Origin: Hypanus sabinus
Lineage: Eukaryota
DNA length: 64,000 nucleotides
Direction of reading: 5' to 3'
NCBI RefSeq assembly: GCF_030144855.1
Contig: NW_026781663.1
Location: 124,001 to 188,000, forward strand
Below are positions 51,051 to 63,700 of this stretch, one piece after another (the first letter of the stretch is position 1; every line of letters begins with the position of its first letter). The notes under the pieces were generated by a model. That model was not told the DNA's origin. It did no database searches and was given only the letters and a program-made list of their open reading frames with translations. Position numbers and translations under genes: made by a program.

Positions 51051-52110
51051 TAGTAGGGTTGTGTTGCTTTTTGATAAAATAATAAATAAACTCATTAGAA
51101 AGAGGTTGTATCGGGTTGGAGGGTGTAGAATCTCCAGGTAGGGGATTCTACCTCTATGGTGGGGATTCACCACCCTCGGAGTGGAGACATTTCCCCTCAT
51201 TTCAGTCCCGGAGAGTCCACGCCCTTTTGCAGAGACTGGGATCCCTGGTTCAACCGGGAGTAATGTTGTGCATTTCAATGTGTTCACCTCTTAGACCTCG
51301 ATTCTCTAAATGAAAGTTTTATCATATTTGATCTTTCTTCATATAATGACCCCACCACACCAGGGGTCAGTCAGGTGAATCCTCATTGCACTCTTTATAA
51401 TAAATACTCTCGAACCTCTTTGTTAATCCTCTGTGGAATTATTTTCCATCTTCTGCAGCCCCGTGTTGCCCCAACCACTCACCTCCCATCCCTGCCACGG
51501 TTTCCACCTTCCCACCTCCCCCTCACCTGGATCCACATCTCACTGCCCAGCTCTTGCCCAACTCCACCCCTCACCTCTTTTCTCTGACTATTTTCCCTCC
51601 ACACTCAGACCAGAGGGATGGTCTCGGCCCGAAATGTTGACGGTCCATTTCCATCCGCAGATGCTGCCCGACCCACTGTAAAGTCCCCTGTTATGTGTCC
51701 GGCTGTGCCGTGTTGTTGGTGGAGTGGGCAGCGTGGTGTTTGTATCGATTCAGGTCACAACACCAGAATTGCCAGCGGGGTCCACACACAATCAATAGAA
51801 AACCTCTCGTCCCTGCAGTCTTTGTCTCCTGGTAAACTCAACCCCCTGACAGTGTGAACGACAGGTATCCTTCCTCACCCACCCCCATTTTATTTACTTT
51901 ATGAACAAACAATCAAACCGTGCACAGTATGTAAGCTGTGAATATATGTTTTCACCATTGTGTTGTTGTGTTGCATTGGAGCTGGAGTAAGAATTATTTC
52001 GACCTACATCACATTTGTCTGCTGAAAATGGAATTAAACAACCCTGAATCTTGAATTAACATTTCGGCAGGCTGAACCGTCACTTTTCTGTCTCTCAGAA
52101 TTATTGCGGC

Positions 52111-52129
52111 AGAGCGCCACCTGGTGGCA
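52111..52129 (-). promoter_or_regulatory. CTCF-binding motif
   Basis: The minus strand reads TGCCACCAGGTGGCGCTCT, matching the CTCF core CCASYAGRKGGCRS. Confidence 0.6.
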
Positions 52130-52269
52130 ATGGAGTCCACAAATCAGGGATTCCTGTTATTGCGGCAAATTACCGCCAAGTGGCAGTGTTGTCCACAAAA
52201 GGGGGACGTTTACGGCGATAAGGGGAGTGGAAAGGGCTGGAAGCCAATTCTGCAGTGGATGAAGTACTA

Positions 52270-53000
52270 GACCTGCCCCAAACTACACTCCTCACGAAGA
52301 GTTAGGGTCCCAAACGATCCTTCCATTTGAGGCAATTTTTCAACATCGTGCCTGTTGGGGTCATCTGCTGTTTCCAGTTTTCCAGGTGTGGCCTCCTCGA
52401 CAACAGAGAGACCCGATGTAGTCTCTGCATTCTGCACTCTGTCCCGATGAGATTCTGCAGATGTTGGAGATGCAGAGTAACATACACAAAATGTTGCAGG
52501 CAGTCGGGAGGTCTGGTAGCTTATATAGAGGGGGATAAAGCAAAACAGAGATTTCCTGCCGAGACCCTTCATCAGGACTGGAAGTGGGGAGAAGCCGGAA
52601 TAAGATGGTGCGGGGAGTGGAAAGCGTCCAAGCTGGTAGGTGATAGCTGAAGCCAGGTAAGAGTGAAGGTGAGTGGGTGGGGGAGGTGGGAGATGAAGTG
52701 AGACGCTGTGATGTGGTAGGTGGAAAATGAAAAGGACTGAAAAGAAGGAATCTGATCGGAAATGAGAGCGGACAATGGGGAGAAAAGGAAGTAAAAGAGG
52801 AACCAGAGGGAGACGATCAGCAGCGGAGAAGAGAGAAGTGAGGAGACAGAATGGAGGAGACGGCCGTGTGGGTTGATGAAAAGAATAGATGGAGGTAGAA
52901 GGTAAAGATACCGATGATCATGCCATCATGTTGTAAACTACCCGGATGTAATATGAGGTGTTGCTCCACACCTGGGAGTGCGCTCATCGTGTTAGTTAAA
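52270..53000. mobile_element. Penelope-like fragments in inverted arrangement
   Basis: Plus strand GVICCFQFSRCGLL..RET (GIY-YIG), then a minus-strand 3' terminal repeat from ~52480. Confidence 0.7.
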
Positions 53001-53029
53001 CAATGAACCGGAAGAGAGAGTGGGTTACT

Positions 53030-54810
53030 AATTTTCCCCTGGGATTCCTATTAAATCAATCCCCTCTCACCTTAAACTGGTGCCCTCTGGTTGTTGATTC
53101 CACAACAGCGGGGAAAAAGGACTGCACGCATTCCCCATTTCTGTACACTGATAGTTCGGAACACCTGCATAATGTCACCTCAATCTCCTAGACTTCAAGG
53201 TGTGAAGTCCCAACCTGCCCAACCTCTCTCCAGAACTCAGTCCCTCAAGTGCCGGCACCATTCTCATAAACCTCCCCTCCACTCATTCCAACGACGTCCC
53301 CTCTCCTATAGCAGAATGACCAAAACCGAATACAATAATCCAGGCCTGGATACCCTAACAATACCCTGACGCTACTGCAACCTCACTAGCCTCTTCTTCA
53401 GACCATGAGCCATGAGATATCAGACAGGGGCTGCTCAGCCAATCGAGTCTGCTCCGCCATTCTTTCGTGTCCACTTGATTATCTCTCTCAACCCCATATC
53501 CTCCTGCCTTCTCCCCATGATCTTTGAATATCCATTTAAAATACACTCAATGACCTACTCCGTCTGTGGCAATGGATTCCAAAGATTTACCACTCCCTGA
53601 CTAAGGAAACCCCTCCTCATCTCTGCTGTCAGTGGATGCCCTATATATTGAGGCCGTGGCCTCTGGTCCCAGACTCACACAGTACATGGTACATCTACTT
53701 CATGGCCACTCTGTCGAGGCCTTTCAATATTTAATAGGTTTCAATGACATTCCCTCTCTTTCTTTTAGGCCAGCGAGTACAGGGTCAAAGCCAAATAATG
53801 CTCCTCATACTTGACCATTCCGGGAATCATTCTCGTGAACCTTCTCCGGACCCCCCCCCCCTCCAATACGAGCACATCTCTTTCTCAGATAGAAGGTCGG
53901 AAACTGTTCACAAAACACCAAGAGCGATCTGGCCAATGCGTTTTAAAGCCACAGTGTCACATCCTAGTTCTTATATGCTAACATTACAGTTGTCATCCTT
54001 CATCAACACAATCTGCAAGCGAAACTTTAGGGACTCCTGCTCAAGGATTCCCAAGCACCTATGCCTCTCCGACTTTTGAATTTACTCCCATTTAATTGTT
54101 TTTCTACGCCCTTGTTCCTGCTAACAAATGTACATGACCGTACACTCGCATTCACTGTATTTCATCTGCTACTTCGTTGCCTGTTCCCTAAACCTATCGA
54201 ATACCTGCTGCAGACTCCTGCTTTTCTCTAAACTACCTGTCCCATACCTATCTTTGATCAACTGCAAAGTTCCTCACTAATATTTCCATTCCGTCATCCC
54301 TATCATTCAGATTTAACATGAAAAGAAGCGGTCTCAATACCGACCCAGCGGGACGCCATTCGCCACCGGCAGCAAACAGAATCGGTTTGCATTGTTCTGG
54401 CCGTCTCCTGCCAGTAAACCAATCTTCGACTGATGCTAGTATCGTCCCTGTAATACCATGAGGTGTGATCCTGTTCAGCAGCTTCATGTGGAAGACCTTG
54501 TTAAAGACCATCCGAAAATCCCAGCAAACAACATCCACTGTCTCTCCTTTGTCTATCCTGCCTGCTATTTCATCAAAGAATTCAACGGATTTCTCAAACA
54601 AGATTTCCCCTGAAGGAAACCATGCTGATTAAGGCCTATTTTATTATGAAACGCCAAGTAACCCGAAAAGTCTTCCTGAATGGACTCCAACCTCTGAGGT
54701 CAGACTAACTGTCTTGTCGTTTCCTTTCTTCTGCCTCCTTCCCTTCTTAAACAATGGAGTGACGTTTAGTCCGCCAGAACCAGTCCCAAATCTAGTGATC
54801 CTTGAAAGGC
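53030..54810 (-). mobile_element. Degenerate CR1 fragments
   Basis: EFFDEI..RIDKGETVDVV.WDF..VFNKV.H.KLL..HGITG (CR1 RT). Confidence 0.85.
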
Positions 54811-55619
54811 AATTACGCATTATTTTAGAGAAACATGGAGGGGGGGGGGATGGAGAAGGGATGTTCTTCACTCAGAAGCAGTGAGAATATTGAATGAGAT
54901 GCCAGAGCAAGAGGCAGGGTCGATTTCAACATGTAAGAGGTTTTGACTGGGTACATGGATGCAGGGGGTATGGAGGGATAAGTCTGCAGAGTGTTCTCTG
55001 ACTCTAATACCTTCAGAAACTCTCCAACCACCCCGTTTTGAACACTGGAGTGCTCACTGCTGGACCGGGAGTCTTATTTACCCTCAGGGCTTTCAGATTA
55101 CAAAGCACATTCTCTCCTCAGTAATACCATCTATGCTCAGCTTTCCCAATACTTTTGAATTATTGGCAAGTTTTTTTTGGGGGGGGGTGTGGCGCGAAAG
55201 GCGACGTCAGAGTAAGAAATGTAATGGGACAGGAGAGAAAGCAGAGACGGATATGAAATATAAGACCATAAGATGTAGAAGCAGAATTAGGTTATTTGGC
55301 CCATTAAGTCTGCTCCGCCATTTCATCATGGCTAACCTAATTGTCCTCTCAGCCCCAATCTCCTCCGCTCTTCCAGTATCCGTTCATGCCCTGATCAATG
55401 AACAATCTATCAAACTCTATCCTTTTCAGAAACAGACAAGTATATGGGATACAACAGATACTGCAGATGCTGGAAATCTAAAGGAATACAAAGAAGGTGC
55501 TGGAGGAGCTCAGCAAGTCGGGCTTGCTTGGGAGCCAATGTTTCAGGCCAAGACCACTCATCTGGATACTAGAATATCGACAGGGAAGAAATTAGAAAAT
55601 ATTGTCAAATAGTGAAAAC

Positions 55620-56390
55620 GTTTGACAAAATTTACTGCAAGCCTTAAGAAAATATGGCAAGCAGAAGTCAATAGTATAACAAATACAACAACGGGAGTAA
55701 ACACCTTCACTATACCCATATAAATGGCTTTATTAGGAAAAATACCTTGGTCCCCTTCTGATCTGGAAAACTTACAAAGAATAAAAACAACTGAAATGAC
55801 AAATTTAGAAAACAGTGTTAACACTGAAACGCACTCAGATCAACACTACCGAGAACAGAAGGCGGACAAGGAATTACAGACAATAAAAACTGCCACAACA
55901 GTCAGCTAAAACTCCTGAGTGCATATTTTCTTCAAAAATAAGCAGGATTCAGCATTCCATGGGGAAGTATCCAAATGTGACTTGAAGTACACACCAGGAA
56001 GCTTAAATGAGAGGCCAACTTAGAAAAGTGAATCATCACTTGAAGAAACTGCTAACCAGTGGAACGTGTATGACCCTCTATGGGAGACATCCCAACGATC
56101 TGAGCAGACTCGATGTTTGTCAAGAAAGCCACGAACACGCGACTCAAAGTGGGCGATGTCTTCGCAGAAGGTGAGATTCCTCATGGAGATACAGGACAGG
56201 GTGGTTAACATAAAAATTATCAAAAACACATAAAATACTTTCAAACAAGGTGATGAATGCAGAAAATGCCGTGAGAATCCAAACACAATCCAACACTTCC
56301 CGGGATCCTGCAGCAGTTTAACTCAGTCTGATTGTTTTCAAAAATACAATCAGGTGGCAAACATCATTCACCAAAATCTTGCTTTAAGCC
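55620..56390 (+). mobile_element. R4/Rex6-like (RLE-type) non-LTR retrotransposon fragment
   Basis: ..EIQDRVVN.. followed by CRKCRENPNTIQHFPGSC..NQVANIIHQNL, a CCHC knuckle before the RLE domain. Confidence 0.55.
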
Positions 56391-56419
56391 CACGAATGAC
56401 CATCATAAATTCATAAATG

Positions 56420-57050
56420 CACCATAATGACTCTGCCATAGTTTGATGCATCAGCAAGGGAGATGGGGCTGAGTACAGAGCTACGGTGGGAAACTTTGTC
56501 ACATGGTGTGAGCAGAATCATCTGCAGCTTAATCTGAAAAAAACTAAGGAGCTGGTGGTGGACCTGAGGAGGGCTAAGATACCGGTGAACCCTGTTTCCA
56601 TCCAAGGGGTCAGTGTGGACATGGTGGAGGATTACAAATACCTGGGGATACGAATTGACAATTAACTGGACTGGTCAAAGAACACTGAGGCTGTCTACAA
56701 GAATAGCCAGAGCCGTCTTTAATTCCTGAGAAGACTGAGGTCCTTTAACATCTACCGGACGATGCTGAGGATGTTCTACGAGTCTGTGTTGGCCAGTGCT
56801 ATCATGTTTGCTGTTGTGTGCTGGGGTAGCAGGCTGAGGATAGCAGACACCAACAGAATCAACAAACTCATTCGTAAGGCCATTGATGTTCTGGGGGTGG
56901 AACTGGACTCTCTGACTGTGGTGTCCGAAAAGAGGATGCTGTCCAAGTTGCATGCCATCATAGGCAATGACTCCCATCGACTCAGAAATGTACTGGTTAG
57001 GCACAGGAGTACATTCAGCCAGAGATTCATTCCGCCGAGATGCAACACTA
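56420..57050 (+). mobile_element. Rex1/Babar-like LINE 3' fragment
   Basis: WCEQNHLQLN..KTKELVVD and YKYLGI..FYESVLASAIMFAVVCWG..RINKLIRKA. Confidence 0.8.
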
Positions 57051-57481
57051 ACAAAGACTAACGGATTGACATCAGACTGGACGCATGATGAGAAAAGTTA
57101 TTGAAGAATTATTGTGTGAAAAGGAAAGGCAAACGCAGCATCAGTAATGTTATAGTCAGTGGGAATCAGCAGGACGCTGTGTAACAAATGCAGTTACGGA
57201 ACGGAGCGGGACCTCTTCACTGAGTTACTGTGGGACAACGAAAGGACCCTCCTGGAGAGATGCTCTCCGCCGGCGAGGGGAGCGCTGACATCACTCCCTC
57301 TGGGGAGGGGGTGTTCTGTTGTGGAATGTGAATGAAGGAGCTTCATGATCCAGCTGCTCAGTCTATCAGCTGGGGAACAGGTGGCACCGGAGCGGAACAT
57401 CAACCCTTATTTGTTCGTTGGCTGTATGTAACCTCATTCATTGCACAACCCGCCTACCCGTGACGGAGAATTCGTGTTTCC

Positions 57482-57487
57482 TATAAA
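57482..57487 (+). promoter_or_regulatory. TATA box, gene 4
   Basis: cTATAAAt 79 nt upstream of the ATG. Confidence 0.55.
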
Positions 57488-57560
57488 TTAGCAGGATATC
57501 GTGGTCCGAGTCACACGCTGATGTGAACTGCACAACGGGAGATAATTCAAGCAATCGAAC

Positions 57561-59752
57561 ATGAGTCGACCGGCGATCCTACAGGTGAAAGACGTTTGTT
57601 ACCCTGTTCTAGCGGTGTTTGGTTTACCCGGTAAGTCGTATTAATACAGTGTCTAACAGCTATTGGCCTTCGGCAGGACATTGATATTCTTTATGAAGTA
57701 TGATCAGAAGATGCGCCGCAATGTGTCCATTATACAAGATGCTCAATAGTCGCTATATCGTTCCGTGTCCACACGGCCGGTGAGGAGACTTTCCTCTGGA
57801 CACAGGAGGCCGTCTCCTCATGTCCGGTGCAAAGGGAACGGAGGGATGCCATCGCTGAAATAGCAGTAGTGTTTCGCTCAGGAGGGAATGTATTTTTCAT
57901 CGTGCCTGTCAGAGGATAAAAGTGTACTACTACACATGAAGTGGCCATTCGGCCCGCTATGTCAACCTGAACCTCTGTGGTCCTATCTACCGGCACCTGA
58001 CTAATATTCCTCTACCTCCCTCCCACCTCGGCCCTTTACAAGCTTATCTTGCGTGGTACAACAGATCCCGCACCGTCCGCTCCGCGGGGAGCTGTTTCCA
58101 CACTCGCAGCAAACTCTGAGTAAATAATCTCTCTCAGATTACCCACGAAGTAATTCAGCTTTCACGCTAATCATATTGTCGTTCAAAATAATTTCACACA
58201 ATCTGAGAGGAAAAGGCTGAAATACATTTACACCAATTATACCCCTAATGGATACAAAGATTGCTTATTCCCGTCTGTATCCTTGTAAATATTTTGAACA
58301 CTGTCACGAATTTTGATATACTTCCCGTACTGAGATAAGTAGAATTGTAAACAATACTACGGATTCGGCTTTAATTACGTATTGTACAAATTCAACTCAA
58401 TAACTCAACCCCTGCGCTCAGAGTCCTGATTTGTGATGGCCGATGTGCAAAATGATCTCTGTGCCGCCCGGTTTACCCAGTGTTTTACTCTAAATGAATG
58501 ACGGGTCTGTATTTACAGCTCCGTTTCTTTTATGCGGAGCACCTCACAGCCTAGCATTCACCACGCAATGGTAACCTGGTTTACCCTCCTGCAGGGCAGC
58601 ACATTACCCAGGCTCCCAGTACATTACACGTGCTGTTTCTCAGCCCGTTTCCAGCTGGTGAAGATCACACTGTGAAGTGCCTTTCCGTCCTGCCTCTGCT
58701 CACTCTCAGACCACCGGACCAAACAGAAATACATCCGAACGTATTTCAGAAATAAGTTGTCAGATTCACCAGTCTTCCTCCTTCAGTGATGTCTTTATCT
58801 GTTGGTGTTTCTTTCTGTTGCAGCTAATTTGTTAACAATTATTATTCTGTCCCGGGGAAAATGCGGTCTTTCCAAATGCATCTCTGCCTACATGACGATG
58901 ATGGCGGTGTCAGATCTATCGGTCATTCTCATCAATGTCCTTGTCTATGAGATTTTAATATTCCGCCTGTCCAGTTCATTTCTGCATTATACGGAAGTCC
59001 TTAAAGCCACGATCTACGTGCTGGCGGTCACTCTGGAACTATCACGGTGGTACACGGTGGCCTTCACCTGTGATCGATATGTTGCCATATGTTGTCAGAA
59101 GTTTAAAACAAAATACTGCAGAGTGAAGACAGCCAGAATCCTGTCAGCTGTATTACTGGCGGGGCTTTGCTTGGAGAATATACCCCTCTTGTTTGCATTT
59201 CAGCCTCAACGAATAATTGGAAATATTTCGTGGGGTATCCGCCCGAAATTGGACATCTTCAACTCTCCAAACCTTGTTGCGCTCATCAGATTCAAAACCT
59301 TTCAAAACCTGTGCGCATTTGGTTTAATACTTCTGTTTAATGGGATGACGGCCAGGCATATCTTAGTGACCAGCAAATCCCGGAGGGGCTTCCGAACCCA
59401 TAAGAGTAAGATTGAACGTGACCCGGAGATGGAGAACAGAAAAAAGAGCATCATATTACTGTTCTGTGTATCGGGCAGCTTCATGCTATTTTGGCTGTCG
59501 TCGGCAGTGACCGATATTATCGCCAGCATAACCATGTATTTTGATCGCGACTATAACTCTGCCCGATATATCGCTGCTCAAGCCGGGGCTCTGCTCACGA
59601 ACATGAGTTCCTGTACCAACACGTGTATTTATGCAGCGACACAAACTAACTTCAGGGCAGAGTTGAAAACGTTGATACTGTCTCCTTGGACGCTTATCCG
59701 GGAATTGATCAAGACAAATGTCAGATCTCCTAAGGCTTTCTCCCATGAGTAG
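57561..59752 (+). CDS. GPR139-like class A GPCR, gene 4 (divergent); join(57561..57630,58824..59752), 332 aa
   Basis: Exon 1 encodes MSRPAILQVKDVCYPVLAVFGLP plus G, with GTAAGT at 57631. The acceptor ctttctgttgcAG ends at 58823, giving the junction GLP-A-NLLTIIILSRGKC. Motifs SDL, CDRY and NTCIY. TATAAA at 57482 and AATAAA at 59913. Confidence 0.9.
57910..58670 (-). mobile_element. Old CR1 3' fragment in the gene 4 intron
   Basis: Degenerate reverse complement of the CR1 3' end (ggccattcggccc.. tail; similar to 31760-32450). Confidence 0.55.
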
Positions 59753-60714
59753 AACTCAGTTCCAGCTCGTACACGTCTTACAACAGGCAACGTTTTGTAA
59801 AAGATCCGCGCTTTTAGTTCGATAATAAGATAAAGATTCTCATTTAAAACATCCCGATGCTGGTAACTGAACGTGTCTCGTTTGTGTCTGATAAGAATTA
59901 GCTCAAGGTAGAAATAAAATGTACGAATGCGCGGAATGGGCCGGATGGAACACAGTATTGAATTAGACAAGCTTCATTTCAATGTTAAAGAAACCAAACT
60001 ATTTGCACTCAACATTGGATCTCTGTTAAACATCAGAGAGCTACGATCAATAACACACTTATTCCATATTTCCCGATCTGTCAAACTGTTTCATGTCAAT
60101 TAGCGAAAAAGAGGGACAAAAACTTTTCGAATAATTAGTACAAGAATGCAAAGTTGGAAATAAGTTACATCGCCTTTCAGAAGATCTTGTGTTAGTTTAG
60201 CTTACGTTGTGTGGTTCAATTTATTTCGTGATCGGCAGTTCCGCTCAGCTGTACCAGAACCTCCTCAATTGACCAGCCACCCGTCGGCAATAGAAGGCGA
60301 TCTTCTATTCCTGATCCTGTAGACATTATATTCGATGTTACCCCGCGGTATGCCTAGTTACGGAAATCAGCCCTTACAGGAGTCAGAGATCAACGCGTAA
60401 ATATTTGAGTACCTTCTGTGAAAACTAATAAATAATCACACGATGTATTCCTTTTCAAACTGATTTTATTAAATCATGTACAGGTGACCCGCATTCACTT
60501 TCTAAAAAATCTAATATGGTTCATATTTCAGGGAGGCCATACTCTCACCAACGCTCCACAGCACGCCCAGCAAACCCATCCCCAAAATGCCGGGACTGAA
60601 AAACTGATTTACTCAGGTTATTAACAAGGAGCACGAGAAGCTGATTCTCACCTGGTCTAAAGCCGACTGAGCCAAAGCAATCTCGCTTTTTCCTTCCACA
60701 AGCTTCAATGTCAC

Positions 60715-63700
60715 TCAAACATGTTGAATTGTCTGCCTGATTTATTGGATTTGATGGATTTTGATGTTGAGGGATGTCTGTTAGGTCCAGGCTTTTGGAA
60801 AGGTAAGAAGGATGAGTTCTGGGAAGTTGAGGGATTTCTGTTAAGTCCAGTCCCTGTAGGGTTTTGGAAAGCTAAGAAGGATGAGTTGTGGGAAGTTGTT
60901 AATGCATTGCAACTTAAGCCACAGACAGGTATGACGAAGGGGGAACTCCGAATGATAATAATGGAGCACAATATTTTTACTAAGTGCTTTAGTGAAAAGG
61001 AGGTAGAAAATTTTCCTCTAGAGGTCCAGACCTGTCTGGAAGAGATGAGATAATTAAGTTAAGGGTGGAAGAAGCACGGAGACAGAGAGAGGGAAGGGAA
61101 AGACAGAGACAATTCGAGAGGAAGATGTGGCAATCTGAAGGTCCAGTATTGGACACTCATGATTTATATTGCCTGAAAGAGTTGGTTGTAGTTGAAAATT
61201 TTAAGGAGTGTGTTCCCGATGATGTAAGGGCAGTCCGAGATGAAAAGAATGCCGCTACCTTGAGGGAGTCTGCTGGGTTAGCAGACGAGGTTGTTTTAAC
61301 CCGCAAGGTTGAGTTTACTCCCGATGTGAGTTGCCCAGAGAGTAACTGGGAGGTTCAGGGGAACTTGGAATTTGAAGCTGGGACTGGTATTGATAGCCTA
61401 GAAGAGGCAGGTGTCCCGTTTGCCTGTGTTCAGTTTATGGTGGTACCTATGGATTCACAGGGTACTGAAACTTGTGTTGAAACTCGGGAAAGGTCTGAGG
61501 TGTCTGATTTGGTCAAAAAGGAATGCAGTCCTTTTGGGTCAGATGGACTTGGTTCAGTGAGTAATCGGTTAACCCTGGCACCAGTGGAAGTTGAGGATTC
61601 TCAGTCACTTGTGTTAGAAGGTGTTCTAAAAGCTAGTGATCAGATGAAAGCTGGCGATGTGAAATTTATGGACCACAGTGAGAAAGGGGCTGTTGTTCAA
61701 GATTACAATACAGAGAACAAGAATTGTTTTGGTTTTGGGTTTGAGAAACCACCTGTCTGGGTTACTATGGGGACGAATCGAAGTAAAGGTCGAAAAAGCG
61801 GAATTGATGGACTGTTTGGGAACTTTCTGAATGTAAACATGGTCTTTCTAAGCTTAATGATAGTGCTGAGTGTGGTAAACATTAAATTGGCACCTGGTCA
61901 GGGAGAAGTCAATTTAACGGTTCAGCTGACGAGTAAGCTTGTGGCTGCTGAGGACCCGCCTACAGATTCTGAACTTTATCCCGCCTGCGCAGTCACCCGA
62001 AGCATGGTGAAAAGGGCGGCTGGAAAAGACCCTGAGGTGTCTGCAGCAGACGTGGATTAAGCTGAGACGTTTTTACCGACCCTGTATCGGAAGGGGTTAG
62101 AGGATGAGAAGAAAGAGGATAGTGGAGTTGAGTAAGGAGAGGTGGTGGATTTACCATTAGCGAGGAAGGAACTTATAAAAGAGCAGAGACGTGATGAGGA
62201 GCTTGTGCCATTGAAGGAGACAGCTCTCTCTGAAGCGGGATTTAAGAAGGAACCAATGGGCTACTATATGAAGGAGGGAGTATTAATGAGAAAGTGGAGG
62301 CCGACCACCATGCCGGCAGATGAGGAATGGGCGGTAGTACACCAGTTGGTGGTTCCGAAGTTTCATCGGGAAGACATATTGAACATGGCCCACAAGGGTA
62401 ACGGTACATTGGGTTAAGAGGGACACAATTGAGGAGACCCAGGGGTTCAGCCCATTTGAGATTGTTTTCGGTCACAGGCCCAAGGGACCTCTGGCCTTAC
62501 TTAAAGTTAAATGGTCTAACACGACAGTGCATGTCAATGTGATTGACTATGTTTTGAAATTCCGAGAGAGGCTCAGCAGAATATGTGATATTGCCGATGA
62601 AAATCTGCGAGACTCCCAAATTAAAATGAAGCAGTGTATGATAGACGAGCATGAGAACAGGGATTTCACATAGGCGATAAAGTCTTGGTTCTCTTCCCAT
62701 TAGTGACCAACCCCCACAGGCGAACTTCCAAGGTCCGTACAAGATTCAGAAAATATACTCTCTGAACTATGTTATCGAAACCCCTGACAGGAGGAAGCCG
62801 AGCCAGTTGGTACACGTTGATGTGCTGAAAGGTTATCGTGATTCAAAAGCTGCTCCAGTCGGTGCTGTCACGAAAACAAATGAGGCTGTAAGGATTAATA
62901 ATGAGGGGCCTGAGCATCTTGAACAGATAAATATAGTGCCCACCAGACTAGAAAACTCTGTTATTTTGGCCAATTTTGCTGAGAAGGTCACGCATCTGAA
63001 GCCTGGACAGAGGGAACAGCTGACAAAGCGAATTGTCCGGCATGCAGATTTATGTCTAGACGTTCCGAGGAGATTCGAGGGAACAACACATGATGTTATT
63101 GTTATTTCAGCCCAGACTATTAAGCAGCCCCCCCCCCCCATCGGATGAATTTGGAAAAGATCAAGCCAGTGGAAAAAGAAATTGAACATATGCCAGCTGC
63201 TGTTATTATCCAGGAATCTTCCTCAGCATGGGCATCTCCATGTGTGGTTGTCCCGAAGCCTGATGGTAGTGTAAGGTTCTGTACAGATTACAGGAAAGTG
63301 AATGCCATCACAAAGTCTGATGCTTATCCTATCCCAAGGGTGGATGATTGCATTGATAAAGTGGGTAAGGCGAGATACATCACCAAGATTGACTTGCTTG
63401 AAGCATACAGGTGTGTCCCTTTAGCTGACAAGCTCGAGAAATTTCAGCATCTGTCACTCCATCAGGGTTACATGAGTATAATGTCTTGCCTTCTGGAATG
63501 AAAAACGCTCCAGGGACATTTCAGAGAATGATTAACTCAGTGATTAAAGGGTTACAGAACACAGGGACTTACACTGACGATTTAGTGGTTTGGAGTGATA
63601 CGTGGGAGGAGCACCTTGAGGCTGTGGAGGAACTATTTAAACGGATGTCTGCAGCCAATCTCGCCGTGAACCTCGCCAAAAGTGAGTCCAGCCATGCCAC

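Noticed and set aside
54959-55612. 217-aa plus-strand ORF
   Set aside because: Runs across several unrelated repeat fragments (CR1 tail, Penelope end); chance open frame.
11657-59752. Assigning the symbol GPR139 to any of the four genes
   Set aside because: Similarity is at family level only. The ICL1, TM7 and N-terminal sequences differ from what I recall of GPR139, and orthology needs a tree and synteny.
61065-62060. 331-aa ORF as a domesticated host gene
   Set aside because: Embedded in frame-broken Gmr1-like gag-pol with no ATG start or splice evidence.
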